64,000 nucleotides of DNA from an uncultured Ruminococcus sp. (GTDB lineage: Bacteria; Bacillota; Clostridia; Oscillospirales; CAG-382). The position numbers were made by a program, and so were the translations under genes. This document shows positions 40,770-49,900 of the stretch, one piece after another. Where the stretch lies: positions 6,720 to 70,719 of the forward strand of contig CAZJVB010000004.1 in assembly GCA_964549435.1 (NCBI GenBank). The letters run 5' to 3'. Below the pieces are notes generated by a model. It made no database searches and was not told where the DNA came from. It was given only the letters and a program-made list of their open reading frames with translations. Every line of letters starts with the position of its first letter. Within the stretch, counting starts at the first letter, position 1.

Positions 40770-43700
40770 TTAACTGTGCAGAAGCGGATAGGCTGAAAAA
40801 TCCTGCGGCAAAGTGAATAAATCGACCTGACCATGTTCCGTGAACGTTCCAGAAGCTATAATGGAAAGTATGGACAAAGAACACGAAGCCTCTGCGCCCG
40901 TTAAGTAAGTACCATCCGTTTCTAAAGAAACCGAAAGACTGTCTGCGGCGGGAAGAATGGCGTCAGGGTTCAGTTCCATCACATACCGATCTCCCTCGCA
41001 GGAAAACCGCTTCAGCAGACTGAATTCCGCCGGATCCTGTTCACTTTTACTCATTATTCTTTTCGAAATGTTGTCTTCTAAATTACAGGCAAAAGAAATC
41101 ACTTCTGCAGGCGAACAAAGGAATTCTTCAACAGACTGATAAGCAGTTGCCGTCATGGTGATGGTTTTCGATTGGAACAGTCCGTATTGCGCCTGAATTA
41201 TACGTTGCAAATACAAGTTTCCATTTTGCAGATAAATATCTGTATGAATTGAGCAGGAGTGCAGAATTCGGAAGCCTTGTGCCATGGAAATATCTGCAGA
41301 AGTCATTCCGTAAAGAAAGGGCACATCGATTGATAAGTATCCATCCCATCCGGTTTTGGAATGAACAAATGCGCCTTCCGCTTTTATACCACTTAAAGAC
41401 ATAGACAGCGCCTGCAGATCTATTTGTCCGGAGAATGAAAAACTTCCGGAATCTGCGGTAGCATACACTGCTGCTAATAAATCTCCGATTGGAGAAATAT
41501 CCGCATACCCGTCCATGGAGGGAGAAAGAATTGGAGTATAGACGGCTTTTTTTAACAGCAATTTCTTCGCCTTTGAAGCATAAAGAAGCTGTGAAATCTC
41601 ATCTTCTTCCCAAGTAATGCTGAGCAGCGCATCTGTAGTCTCCAACGTCAGAACATCCTTTTGGTAGGTGATAGAATATAAATCGGTAAGAGAAAGAAAT
41701 GAGACGGTCTCTTTTTTGCTGATCTGTGATAAAGGCGCTATAAGTCGATCCGCAAGACAGAATAGCTTGGTGCCGCCAGCGTCAAAATAAATAGATTCTC
41801 CATCATAAATTACCTGATAACGGTGCGTATCCAGTCCATTCAAAGAAACATCTAAAGCAGCAGCGCTTGGTTTCCCATCAGTTCCCATTTTGAAATCCAA
41901 GCGCGATACGGATGCTGACAGATCCGCGTTGGAAAAACCACCAGTAAAAGAAAAATATGTCTGTTGCTTTAGAGACTCCAGCCGCTCTGTTAGCGCATAT
42001 AAATCCACACAGTTCTGTTTATCCGGATATGCGAACGAAACAGCCTCCGGAGAACAGGAAAAACCGGAACCGGTAATCTCCCATCTATCACCAGAAAGAC
42101 GAAACGATGTTTTGCCAAAAATCACCGCTAAGTTGCCGAAGGAAACGGATAGTTGTTCCGCATCGCAAGAAACAGAAGTAATTGAAAGATCGTTTGCCTG
42201 AAAAATCGGAAACGCCATCTGTTCGCCGAAAAGAGCAAGTAACCGATCGGAAACGGTATGCAACTGATCTGCATCCAAAAAAGCGTTTATAACCGAGTTG
42301 GAAAGATAATACGTTTCATCTGTATAAATGAAATCAGTTTTTAAATCGTTCCATACGGTTGTCAAGCCGAAGGACAGTTTCGGTGCAGTCGCTATGCACA
42401 ACTCAAAATAGGATTGATTATCGCCATGCTGCGCTTCTATATTACATACAATTGTTCCGGATGTAAACAGTTCCGGATAAATGGACCCTAACAAAAACGT
42501 TTTCAATTGGGAAACCGGAAGTTGAATCGGTGTTTCCGGAGCCTTAGCTGCCGGTTCGCCGTTGCTGTCCTGCGAAGTTAAGCGAACAGAAAATGCTTCT
42601 GTTGTAAAAAGTATATACGATCCGGCAAATGTCAATTCCGCAGAAGAATCGCCGTCAAAACATATACGAAGCTTCCCCGGTTCTGCTAAAACAGAGGAAA
42701 TCTTTCTATCCGGCGATACGGTTTTATCACCAGAAAATAATGATAAAAGCTCAATGAAATCAGAAAGCTCCCCGGAAATAGAAATCTCATCCCAAAGCGC
42801 CGACACAGTGTCTTGCGTATAATAAACAGACAGCGGAAAAGCTGAAGAAGAGGAAATCATAGAAATTGAAGATTCGGAAAGAGAAACCGTCAGTTTTGCT
42901 GAAAAGGAGAAGTCTCCTGAAACATCCAAACCGTAATCAAAATGATCACCATTTGCCAACTTACCGATCAGAGAAAATGCCGAAACAGAGGAAGTAATAT
43001 CCTGATATCCCTGTAAATCCGGAAGAGTCGCCCGCAAAGGAGACTTTTCCAACAAAATTTGACAGAGAGAGCCGAAAACAGAAACATTTAGTTCTGCGGA
43101 TAGTAACGACATACTTTGCATATCGACGCTCGCCGAAAACGACATTGATTCGTCTTCTGCTTTTAAAACCAATACTCCGTTTTCGGTTGTGATGTTCAGT
43201 TTAGAAAGCAAATCCAAAATAGAAGATCCACCTTGCGCGCTTAAAACAGCGGAAGAGAGCGAAGTAAGAGGGAGAATCTGCTCATTGAATGCTTCAGCAT
43301 CCGTGTAAACACGTGCGTTTCCCGCCGAAAAGTAATATCGATTATCTAAATACAGAAAATCAAAATCGGTTGCATGCAGTAAGACAGAGTTTGAGTAAGC
43401 ATCCAATGACAAATGAAAAGGAAATGTCTGTTCCGAAGTTACGACAGTCAGATTATAGGAATTACTGTTTCCAAGCAGCGAAAATAAAAACGTATATCCA
43501 CTTGAGATTTCTGGATAATTCTGCGTTATTTCTTCTTTCAAAAAGGATGTAAAAAAAGTTTGTTCGGGAAGGGTAACAGAAGCCTCAAAATCAGAAAATA
43601 CTTCAGTATAATCTGTTTTGCAGGTTGTATTGCCGAGAATCTGAATAGAGATATCATAAACCTCCTGATATCGAACGCTCAAAGGACGAAACGCTTCATC

Positions 43701-44378
43701 CATTGTTACTGTCATCGTTATGGATTGAAATATAGGAAGAGTATCCAGTCCGCCCATCGTCTGTATCTGCCTTGCATAGGCTTCCGTCGATTTCACAGGA
43801 TCTAATTCATATACAAATGTATATGTTTGTTCGCTGTGAGCAGTAAAATTAGCAGAGAGAATGGTAGCTTCCTCCAAACGATAGTTTGAAAGGACATGCG
43901 GAGTGTTTCCATATGCCAACTGGTAGCTTTCCGGCGTTACAGAAACAGGACGTTCCTCCCAAACAACTTCCTCCATAGAGTGCACTTCCCCACTCCGGAC
44001 AAGTATAATATCGTCTTGAAAAAACTGTTGTACACCCACACGAACCAACGAACTTGTACTGATACTTTGACTGAACATAGCTTCAGAATTTACAAAGCGC
44101 TCGGAACGCAGCGACTGGCGATAATTGAAGAATAAAACCTGCGTATCACAGGTACCTTCTAATGCAGCAGAAAACGAAGTAGCTTCTTCGGTTACCGCTT
44201 GGCAACGCATCAATGCTTCAAGCGCACTGCAATCCAAAGGAGTAGAGGTGATCATGCACCCGGAGGAATCTATATCATTGGAAGCCGATGAAAGGCTCTC
44301 CTCAGTCTCCTTAGAACAGGAGGAGAGGCATAAAAAAAGCAATACAAATAGCAACAGCAAAGGAATCGTTTTTTTCAT
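40770..44378 (-). CDS. Very large (1202 aa) lipoprotein of unknown function
   Basis: Signal peptide with lipobox LCLSSC. The composition is Ser/Thr/Leu/Phe-rich with recurrent short alternating-hydrophobic segments. I recognised no catalytic motif or known domain. Confidence 0.6.
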   Translation of the reverse strand: MKKTIPLLLLFVLLFLCLSSCSKETEESLSSASNDIDSSGCMITSTPLDCSALEALMRCQAVTEEATSFSAALEGTCDTQVLFFNYRQSLRSERFVNSEAMFSQSISTSSLVRVGVQQFFQDDIILVRSGEVHSMEEVVWEERPVSVTPESYQLAYGNTPHVLSNYRLEEATILSANFTAHSEQTYTFVYELDPVKSTEAYARQIQTMGGLDTLPIFQSITMTVTMDEAFRPLSVRYQEVYDISIQILGNTTCKTDYTEVFSDFEASVTLPEQTFFTSFLKEEITQNYPEISSGYTFLFSLLGNSNSYNLTVVTSEQTFPFHLSLDAYSNSVLLHATDFDFLYLDNRYYFSAGNARVYTDAEAFNEQILPLTSLSSAVLSAQGGSSILDLLSKLNITTENGVLVLKAEDESMSFSASVDMQSMSLLSAELNVSVFGSLCQILLEKSPLRATLPDLQGYQDITSSVSAFSLIGKLANGDHFDYGLDVSGDFSFSAKLTVSLSESSISMISSSSAFPLSVYYTQDTVSALWDEISISGELSDFIELLSLFSGDKTVSPDRKISSVLAEPGKLRICFDGDSSAELTFAGSYILFTTEAFSVRLTSQDSNGEPAAKAPETPIQLPVSQLKTFLLGSIYPELFTSGTIVCNIEAQHGDNQSYFELCIATAPKLSFGLTTVWNDLKTDFIYTDETYYLSNSVINAFLDADQLHTVSDRLLALFGEQMAFPIFQANDLSITSVSCDAEQLSVSFGNLAVIFGKTSFRLSGDRWEITGSGFSCSPEAVSFAYPDKQNCVDLYALTERLESLKQQTYFSFTGGFSNADLSASVSRLDFKMGTDGKPSAAALDVSLNGLDTHRYQVIYDGESIYFDAGGTKLFCLADRLIAPLSQISKKETVSFLSLTDLYSITYQKDVLTLETTDALLSITWEEDEISQLLYASKAKKLLLKKAVYTPILSPSMDGYADISPIGDLLAAVYATADSGSFSFSGQIDLQALSMSLSGIKAEGAFVHSKTGWDGYLSIDVPFLYGMTSADISMAQGFRILHSCSIHTDIYLQNGNLYLQRIIQAQYGLFQSKTITMTATAYQSVEEFLCSPAEVISFACNLEDNISKRIMSKSEQDPAEFSLLKRFSCEGDRYVMELNPDAILPAADSLSVSLETDGTYLTGAEASCSLSILSIIASGTFTEHGQVDLFTLPQDFSAYPLLHS

Positions 44379-44510
44379 CCTCGCATATTTCCTTTCAAAA
44401 CCAAAGACAACTCTACAATTTTATTTTTATATTTATTTTAACATATGACAAGTCAAAATGCAAGAAAAATCCTCCTGTTTTTCAGCAAACAACGCAAATT
44501 CGCTTTTCCC

Positions 44511-44539
44511 TTGACAGGCAAGCGCGAATGTGATAAACT
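44511..44539 (+). promoter_or_regulatory. Sigma-A promoter for the MBL-fusion gene
   Basis: TTGACA, a 17-nt spacer, then TAAACT. It lies 20 nt upstream of the AGGAGGG RBS. It sits inside the longer track ORF and so supports the ATG 44559 start. Confidence 0.6.
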
Positions 44540-44558
44540 ATTTTTAGGAGGGATCCAC

Positions 44559-45782
44559 ATGATTGTTCGCGTTTTATGTGAAGATACTGCATGGAAAGCG
44601 CCGTTTGAAGCAGAGCACGGGCTCTCTCTTCTCATCAAAACCACAAAACATCTAATTTTATTTGATGCCGGACAAAGCGATCTTTTTATACGGAATGCAA
44701 ATCGTCTTGGTGTAAACCTTGAAGATGTTGATTTGATGATTCTTTCCCACGGACATTACGATCACGGCGGCGGACTTGAGACTTTTTTGGCCAAAAATAC
44801 AACGGCACCTGTTTTCCTTCGAAAAGAAGCGTTCGGTGCTTTTTATCATGGGAACCGTTACATCGGATTACATCCCGCTCTGTTAAAATACCGCGATCGC
44901 TTTCATTTTCTTTCCCAAGAAACACAATTAGACGAAGAGGTGACCATTCTTCCGGCCGCCGCCCTGCCGAAAGGAAAACCATCCGCTCTTTCCGAACGAA
45001 AATCAGACGACCTTTTGCCTGATATTTTCGAACACGAGCAGTATCTTTTGATATCAGAAGGGGAAATTCACGCGCTTTTTACCGGATGCGCACACCGTGG
45101 AATTGATCTTATTGCCAAAGAAGCCGTCAGACGAGGAGCTACCTATTTAGTCGGCGGATTTCATTTGCAGGATAAAAATGATCTGACAGATTTACAAAAC
45201 GTGGCAGATACTTTGTCCTCTCTCCCTCTAGCATATTATACAGGTCATTGCACTGGCCATGAGCCATATAAATTTCTGAAAACTACTATCGGCTGCCGCC
45301 TGCATTCGCTCTCCGCCGGTATGCAGTTTATCATTGGAAGTCCTTCTGAAAAAGCTTGCTTTCTTTTCCGCCAAGGATATAACTGTTCCCAGTCGGTATT
45401 AGGTGCCTTCGCCGAAACCCTTGGTATGGATTTCGAAACTGCTATGCGGATTTCCTGCTCGTTCGGCGGCGGCATAGGTCGCTTGCGTGAAGTATGTGGA
45501 GCCGTCAGCGGCATGCTGATGGTTTGCGGCATGAAAGCCGGTTATGCCGAACCGGAGACTGGTACAGTAAAAGCAACACATTATCGTCTGGTACAGGAGC
45601 TCGCCAATGAGTTTCGCAGGCAAAACGGTTCTATCATTTGTCGGGAGTTGCTCGGCGGAACTGCATCCGATGCACCGGAACCGACTGTACGGACACCGGA
45701 ATTTTACAACAACCGTCCCTGCGAGCGACTGATCGAGACTGCGGCGAGAATGGCAGAAAATAAGCTTTTCAAAAAAGAATAA
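44559..45782 (+). CDS. Metallo-beta-lactamase-fold domain fused to a C_GCAxxG_C_C-family domain
   Basis: The N-terminal half has EHGLSLLI, FDAGQS and LSHGHYDHGGG. The C-terminal about 140 aa has GYNCSQSVLGAF, CSFGGGIG, CGAVSG, IICRELLG and PCERL, typical of C_GCAxxG_C_C. Confidence 0.7.
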   Translation: MIVRVLCEDTAWKAPFEAEHGLSLLIKTTKHLILFDAGQSDLFIRNANRLGVNLEDVDLMILSHGHYDHGGGLETFLAKNTTAPVFLRKEAFGAFYHGNRYIGLHPALLKYRDRFHFLSQETQLDEEVTILPAAALPKGKPSALSERKSDDLLPDIFEHEQYLLISEGEIHALFTGCAHRGIDLIAKEAVRRGATYLVGGFHLQDKNDLTDLQNVADTLSSLPLAYYTGHCTGHEPYKFLKTTIGCRLHSLSAGMQFIIGSPSEKACFLFRQGYNCSQSVLGAFAETLGMDFETAMRISCSFGGGIGRLREVCGAVSGMLMVCGMKAGYAEPETGTVKATHYRLVQELANEFRRQNGSIICRELLGGTASDAPEPTVRTPEFYNNRPCERLIETAARMAENKLFKKE

Positions 45783-45928
45783 AATCTCCTTTAAACGGCA
45801 CAGTCATTAAGAAGCAGCTAAATGGGTAAAATTTATAATTAAATTCTGCGCTATATAACCAAGCAACATAGAAGGGGTGTTCTCTCATGATATGACAAGC
45901 ACGGAAACCGTCTATACAGTTCCCAATC

Positions 45929-45970
45929 CAAAGAAAAATGGCGTAGCTACCAAATCCGGTGCTGCGCCAT
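45929..45970 (-). terminator. Rho-independent terminator downstream of the DUF11 gene
   Basis: On the minus strand: ATGGCGCAGCACC-ggattt-GGTAGCTACGCCAT (about 12 bp with one bulge and one mismatch), followed by TTTTTCTTT. Confidence 0.5.
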
Positions 45971-46044
45971 AATTTTACAAAAAACTTCCTTAAGAGACTT
46001 TTTGCCGTTTTTGATTTTAGAATGACTCCTATGCCTGTTTAGAT

Positions 46045-46899
46045 CTAGATCGTACCGGAAACTAACAGAGTGACGCTTCCAGGCGTCATACTCCAGACAC
46101 CGGTATCCGGATTCTGTACATAGGTTGCAGCCGGCACCAAAATTTGTCCCGGTACCGTGTGAAACTGACCGGTTGCCTCATTATAGGTGTACTGTGCTGG
46201 AGAAGTCCAATGTGCTCCATTCAGAGAGACCGTAATATTTCTTAATATAGGTGAAAAAAGATCGCTGATGGTAACCTGATCCCCAGCGTCTGCAGCAGTA
46301 TTTCCGGTATTGAGGATCACGAACGTATAAGTCAGCGTTCCGTTCTCCACAACAGGAACCGGAACCATTGATTTAGCAATTACGAGAGAAGGTCCGCTCG
46401 CTGCAAAAATCGTCTCTGTTGCCGTTACAGTTTCTCCGCAAGCGCGGGTATAAAGCGTTGCAATATTTCTGATTTGCGAATTGACAGAGAGCGGCGCATA
46501 CTGGTTAACTGTCGCATTATATAACAGCATAGCAGTACCATTTGCCGGTATCTGTATTCCGGTTACTGTCAACGGCTGCGTCTGAGATACTGCCGGAGCA
46601 TTTTGCAACAATCCATTCAGAAAATATTGAACAGAACCCGTCTGATACGTCAATGGATATAGTGTTTCTGTCGAAAAGGTATATGCGCCTAAATTATCTG
46701 TTAACGTTAAGCCGGAAACTGCACTGTTGCTCGCATTGGAAATTGTAATGACATATACAATGGTATCCCCGTCTGCATACGTGTCAGTAAGAGCTGTTTT
46801 CGTCATCGTTAAGGTCGATTGAATCTCACCGACCGCTAAATTTGAATTCAGCTGCGCAGTTAAATAAGATAACTGTGCTTGGTTGGTGAACTGTGCCAT
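46045..46899 (-). CDS. DUF11 (conserved repeat domain) protein with two repeats and no signal peptide
   Basis: AGGAGGAA RBS. The two repeats are LTMTKTALTDTYADGDTIVYVITISNASNSAVSGLTLTDNLG and LVIAKSMVPVPVVENGTLTYTFVILNTGNTAADAGDQVTISDLF. The N-terminus is hydrophilic (MAQFTNQAQLSY). Confidence 0.65.
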   Translation of the reverse strand: MAQFTNQAQLSYLTAQLNSNLAVGEIQSTLTMTKTALTDTYADGDTIVYVITISNASNSAVSGLTLTDNLGAYTFSTETLYPLTYQTGSVQYFLNGLLQNAPAVSQTQPLTVTGIQIPANGTAMLLYNATVNQYAPLSVNSQIRNIATLYTRACGETVTATETIFAASGPSLVIAKSMVPVPVVENGTLTYTFVILNTGNTAADAGDQVTISDLFSPILRNITVSLNGAHWTSPAQYTYNEATGQFHTVPGQILVPAATYVQNPDTGVWSMTPGSVTLLVSGTI

Positions 46900-46995
46900 T
46901 CACATTCCTCCTGGTCAAAGATCCCGCAATAGCGAGTACAGTACATTTTATGCTAGAATTTTTGACGTTGTTAAACGAATGTAAATATAGATATA

Positions 46996-47031
46996 GTACA
47001 AAATGACGGCAGGGACCGCTTCCCTGCCGTC
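46996..47031 (-). terminator. Rho-independent terminator after the Cys4 small-protein gene
   Basis: 11-bp stem GACGGCAGGGA / TCCCTGCCGTC with a 5-nt loop. On the minus strand it is followed by ATTTTGT. Confidence 0.6.
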
Positions 47032-47073
47032 AACAAACTAAACACCATTCCAATGGAAGCGCTTCAACCGTCA

Positions 47074-47379
47074 TCAAAGCAATGGAATTTCAGTTGCACT
47101 TAAAGATTCTTGTTCAGACAAAAGTGATGGTGTTTGCACAACCCATGCAAAAAAATCCTGATATTCTGAAAAGCAGCTATTGCAAATCCAACTCTCGCTA
47201 ATCGGTTCAAAATATCCATTATGGATATCTTCCTCCATACAACTAATTTGAGACCAACAAAATACACAAAATGCATGATCGGTTGGAAAGGAAGGATCAA
47301 ATTGCTTCCAAATCACCTCTTTTTTCCGCAAATACGCCTTTGTATGCAAGGCATTCATCCGTTTCTTTTCACTCAGCAT
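47074..47379 (-). CDS. Small cytoplasmic Cys-rich (CxxC...CxxC) protein, function unknown
   Basis: ATG 47379 lies 8 nt after an AGGGGGA RBS. It overlaps the upstream gene's 3' end by 11 nt. Motifs are HAFCVFCW and WICNSCF. Confidence 0.5.
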   Translation of the reverse strand: MLSEKKRMNALHTKAYLRKKEVIWKQFDPSFPTDHAFCVFCWSQISCMEEDIHNGYFEPISESWICNSCFSEYQDFFAWVVQTPSLLSEQESLSATEIPLL

Positions 47380-47995
47380 GGCCAAAATTCCCCCTTGGTA
47401 TATGATATAAAAAACCCTCTGTTTTCTTTAACGTTTCCATAATCCGGCGCAGTTCCGTATGATTTCGGACAGCTATTCTTAAGGAGCGCGGTTGCCTCAA
47501 AGAAAGCTCTCGAAAATCTACAGTTTCAAGATGTCTATAAAGATTTTTCCGGATTAAAAGATTTTTAATCGGCGAAGCTTCCCGTAAAGGAACTGCCCTC
47601 ATTCGCAAAGAGAACGTTGCAAAACCGGGCATAAAGCGCCAAACTCTTAAAGAAGCTTTATTGACATCCGGCCATTCCCACTCATCAATCCGCACTGTCA
47701 AAAGTTTTCTGTACCGATAAATCGAGTATTGTGATACTACAATATAATTTTGAAAAAGAACATTCAAACTAAAATCATAGAACAACAGAACGTCAACCAA
47801 AAGAAAAAGTATTACGGTCCCGGACGGGAGCAACCGCTGAAAAACATACAGACACAGAGTAGCAAACACAGAAAAGACAAACAATAAACCTTTTGAAATG
47901 GCATAGAACCGGGGCACACGCTGCACAAAAAGGCAAACTTCTTCCTTACGAAAATAGGTTTTAATTAATACTAGCGCGTCTTTCTCACTCCACAT
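47369..47995 (-). CDS. Two-TM membrane protein with a basic C-terminal domain (possibly bPH/YdbS-like), function unknown
   Basis: ATG 47995 lies 5 nt after GGAGG; the track start at 48034 is a TTG inside the tRNA terminator. It has two adjacent hydrophobic helices and then an Arg-rich soluble domain. Confidence 0.5.
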   Translation of the reverse strand: MWSEKDALVLIKTYFRKEEVCLFVQRVPRFYAISKGLLFVFSVFATLCLYVFQRLLPSGTVILFLLVDVLLFYDFSLNVLFQNYIVVSQYSIYRYRKLLTVRIDEWEWPDVNKASLRVWRFMPGFATFSLRMRAVPLREASPIKNLLIRKNLYRHLETVDFRELSLRQPRSLRIAVRNHTELRRIMETLKKTEGFLYHIPRGNFGHAE

Positions 47996-48009
47996 GATAC
48001 CCTCCGGTT

Positions 48010-48060
48010 GAAAAGAAAAAAGATCTAAATCCAAGAGTGTCTTACAACCGGATTTAGATC
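48010..48060 (-). terminator. Rho-independent terminator immediately 3' of tRNA-Arg
   Basis: 11-bp stem GATCTAAATCC / GGATTTAGATC. On the minus strand it is followed by TTTTTTCTTTT. Confidence 0.7.
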
Positions 48061-48062
48061 AT

Positions 48063-48139
<77 letters not shown>

Positions 48140-48264
48140 ATGTGACGTACTTGTCAACGTTTATTATTATACCATGTTCAAGCGGAATTGTCAAGAGCAT
48201 TTCGATTGAAAATTGCACATTTTTTTCCAGTCCGCCTTTTTATTTTTTGTATGCCTTCATTTTC

Positions 48265-48921
48265 TTATCGAGTGGCAGAAATCACAGATTTATTCGAAAC
48301 TGCATTCAAATAAATCTGATTATCGATCACATATAACTCATAATATTGCGTTGTGGAAGTATTACTGCCAACGTCATTTCTGAATGTTCCATTATTCTGA
48401 AAGATTTTATACTTTACCGAAAAATAGTATACCATAACAGTTTGCCCTTGATATGTAGTTGATTCTGTATTCTGTATGCGATCAACCTCGATATCATACA
48501 GCATCTGCATGGTAAATTGTTCCGGTGGATTATAGTTTTTGATATACTGTTCTGTCAGCAAGGAACGATACGTTTCACAGTCACCGCAGATAATAGCTTG
48601 GAAGTAGGTGTAAAAAAAGGAGGATGCCACACCGATCGAAGTATAATTTTCCTCTGTCAAGGATTCTCCGGAGCCATATTCTAAATAAAAAACGGAATGA
48701 TCCAGCCGCATAAATGCCGAATTTTCAAAAATATTCTCTTCGTAATTCGCCTCATAGAAAGCATCGATGGGAAGCGCGGCTTGCTTCTCATTATCTTTTG
48801 TTAAAGCGTAATTGATAATGCCGAGAATTCCCGCAAGCAGAGCAGCTGCAAGAAACATCAGCAGAAAGAAGAGAAGCACTTTTTTTAATTTTTCTTTTTC
48901 TGTTCGCTTTTGTTGAACCAT
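48265..48921 (-). CDS. Membrane-anchored extracytoplasmic protein, function unknown
   Basis: Basic N-terminus, one TM helix and a soluble domain of about 170 aa. I recognised no family. Confidence 0.5.
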   Translation of the reverse strand: MVQQKRTEKEKLKKVLLFFLLMFLAAALLAGILGIINYALTKDNEKQAALPIDAFYEANYEENIFENSAFMRLDHSVFYLEYGSGESLTEENYTSIGVASSFFYTYFQAIICGDCETYRSLLTEQYIKNYNPPEQFTMQMLYDIEVDRIQNTESTTYQGQTVMVYYFSVKYKIFQNNGTFRNDVGSNTSTTQYYELYVIDNQIYLNAVSNKSVISATR

Positions 48922-48991
48922 ATCTCATCCTTTTAACAAAACGGAGCGAAGCTTTCTCTTTGCCCCGCTCCGAAATGTCTACTTAAACAGA

Positions 48992-49855
48992 TCAATCGTT
49001 CAGGAACCGGCGAAGATTCTCTGCACCGATTCTGATCCCCTTAAGGGGATCTTCCATTCCTTCAAATTCAATCATCAGATATTCATCATAGCCGGCACGC
49101 TTCAAAATATTGATGCATTGTTGAACCGGAACGTTCCCATGCCCAATAATAGCGCCGCGCAGATAATTACAACCGCGGGAAGAAAACCAGCCTTCTCCCG
49201 GTGCAACATCTGTTCCAGACTTTTTATGAAAATCTTTAGCATGTGCATGAAATGCATAAGGCGCCATGACACCGACCGCATAGGCATGATCTGCATCTGC
49301 GCAAGCAAAGTTCCCGATATCTACCAATGCGCCGAAATTATCATTTTCCACAGCATTGATCAGCTTTTCAACGCGGTCAGGATCCTGGGCAAAATAGCCG
49401 TGATTTTCTATGCAGGTTTTAAGCCCCTTCGTCTTCGCGTATTCTGTAACCGAACGATAAGCCTTTGCTAATATCGGAAGCACTGCATCAAAGCTTCTGC
49501 CGGTCTTAACTGTTGCAGGATATCCGGGCGTGGCATCATGACGTATACACTTGGCTCCTAAAGCAACGGCCACGTCAACTAGACCTTTCACTCGCTCAAT
49601 CTCTTCTTCCAAACTGCGATTCAGGAAATCAGAGCCAACACAGAAGCACACAGCCTCTACCCCAACCTGTTTACAGTAATCTCCGTATTCCTTTGCCTGC
49701 GCAAGGTAAACTTCCTGAGGGAGGTTATTCCCCCATTCTACAAAATCAACGCCCTCGCAACCGAATTCTTTTGCTTTGTCAATACATCCCTTAATGCCGA
49801 GAGAACCTTCTGCAGCATACTCATGGAAGCTGTATAAACTAACACCGATTTTCAT
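48992..49855 (-). CDS. Sugar phosphate isomerase/epimerase (xylose isomerase-like TIM barrel)
   Basis: 287 aa. It shows the pattern typical of the AP_endonuc_2/xylose-isomerase-like family (MKIGVSLYSF..., ENHG, HAKD, metal-ligand spacing). Confidence 0.7.
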   Translation of the reverse strand: MKIGVSLYSFHEYAAEGSLGIKGCIDKAKEFGCEGVDFVEWGNNLPQEVYLAQAKEYGDYCKQVGVEAVCFCVGSDFLNRSLEEEIERVKGLVDVAVALGAKCIRHDATPGYPATVKTGRSFDAVLPILAKAYRSVTEYAKTKGLKTCIENHGYFAQDPDRVEKLINAVENDNFGALVDIGNFACADADHAYAVGVMAPYAFHAHAKDFHKKSGTDVAPGEGWFSSRGCNYLRGAIIGHGNVPVQQCINILKRAGYDEYLMIEFEGMEDPLKGIRIGAENLRRFLND

Positions 49856-49900
49856 AATAAAGATTAATCTCCGTGATATTATATGTAAGTTGAATGAAAA

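Noticed and set aside
45892-45972. 26-codon small ORF (MTSTETVYTVPNPKKNGVATKSGAAP) in the intergenic region
   Set aside because: Its 3' half coincides with the terminator hairpin of the convergent DUF11 gene. The RBS spacing is poor. Nothing supports it beyond an open frame.
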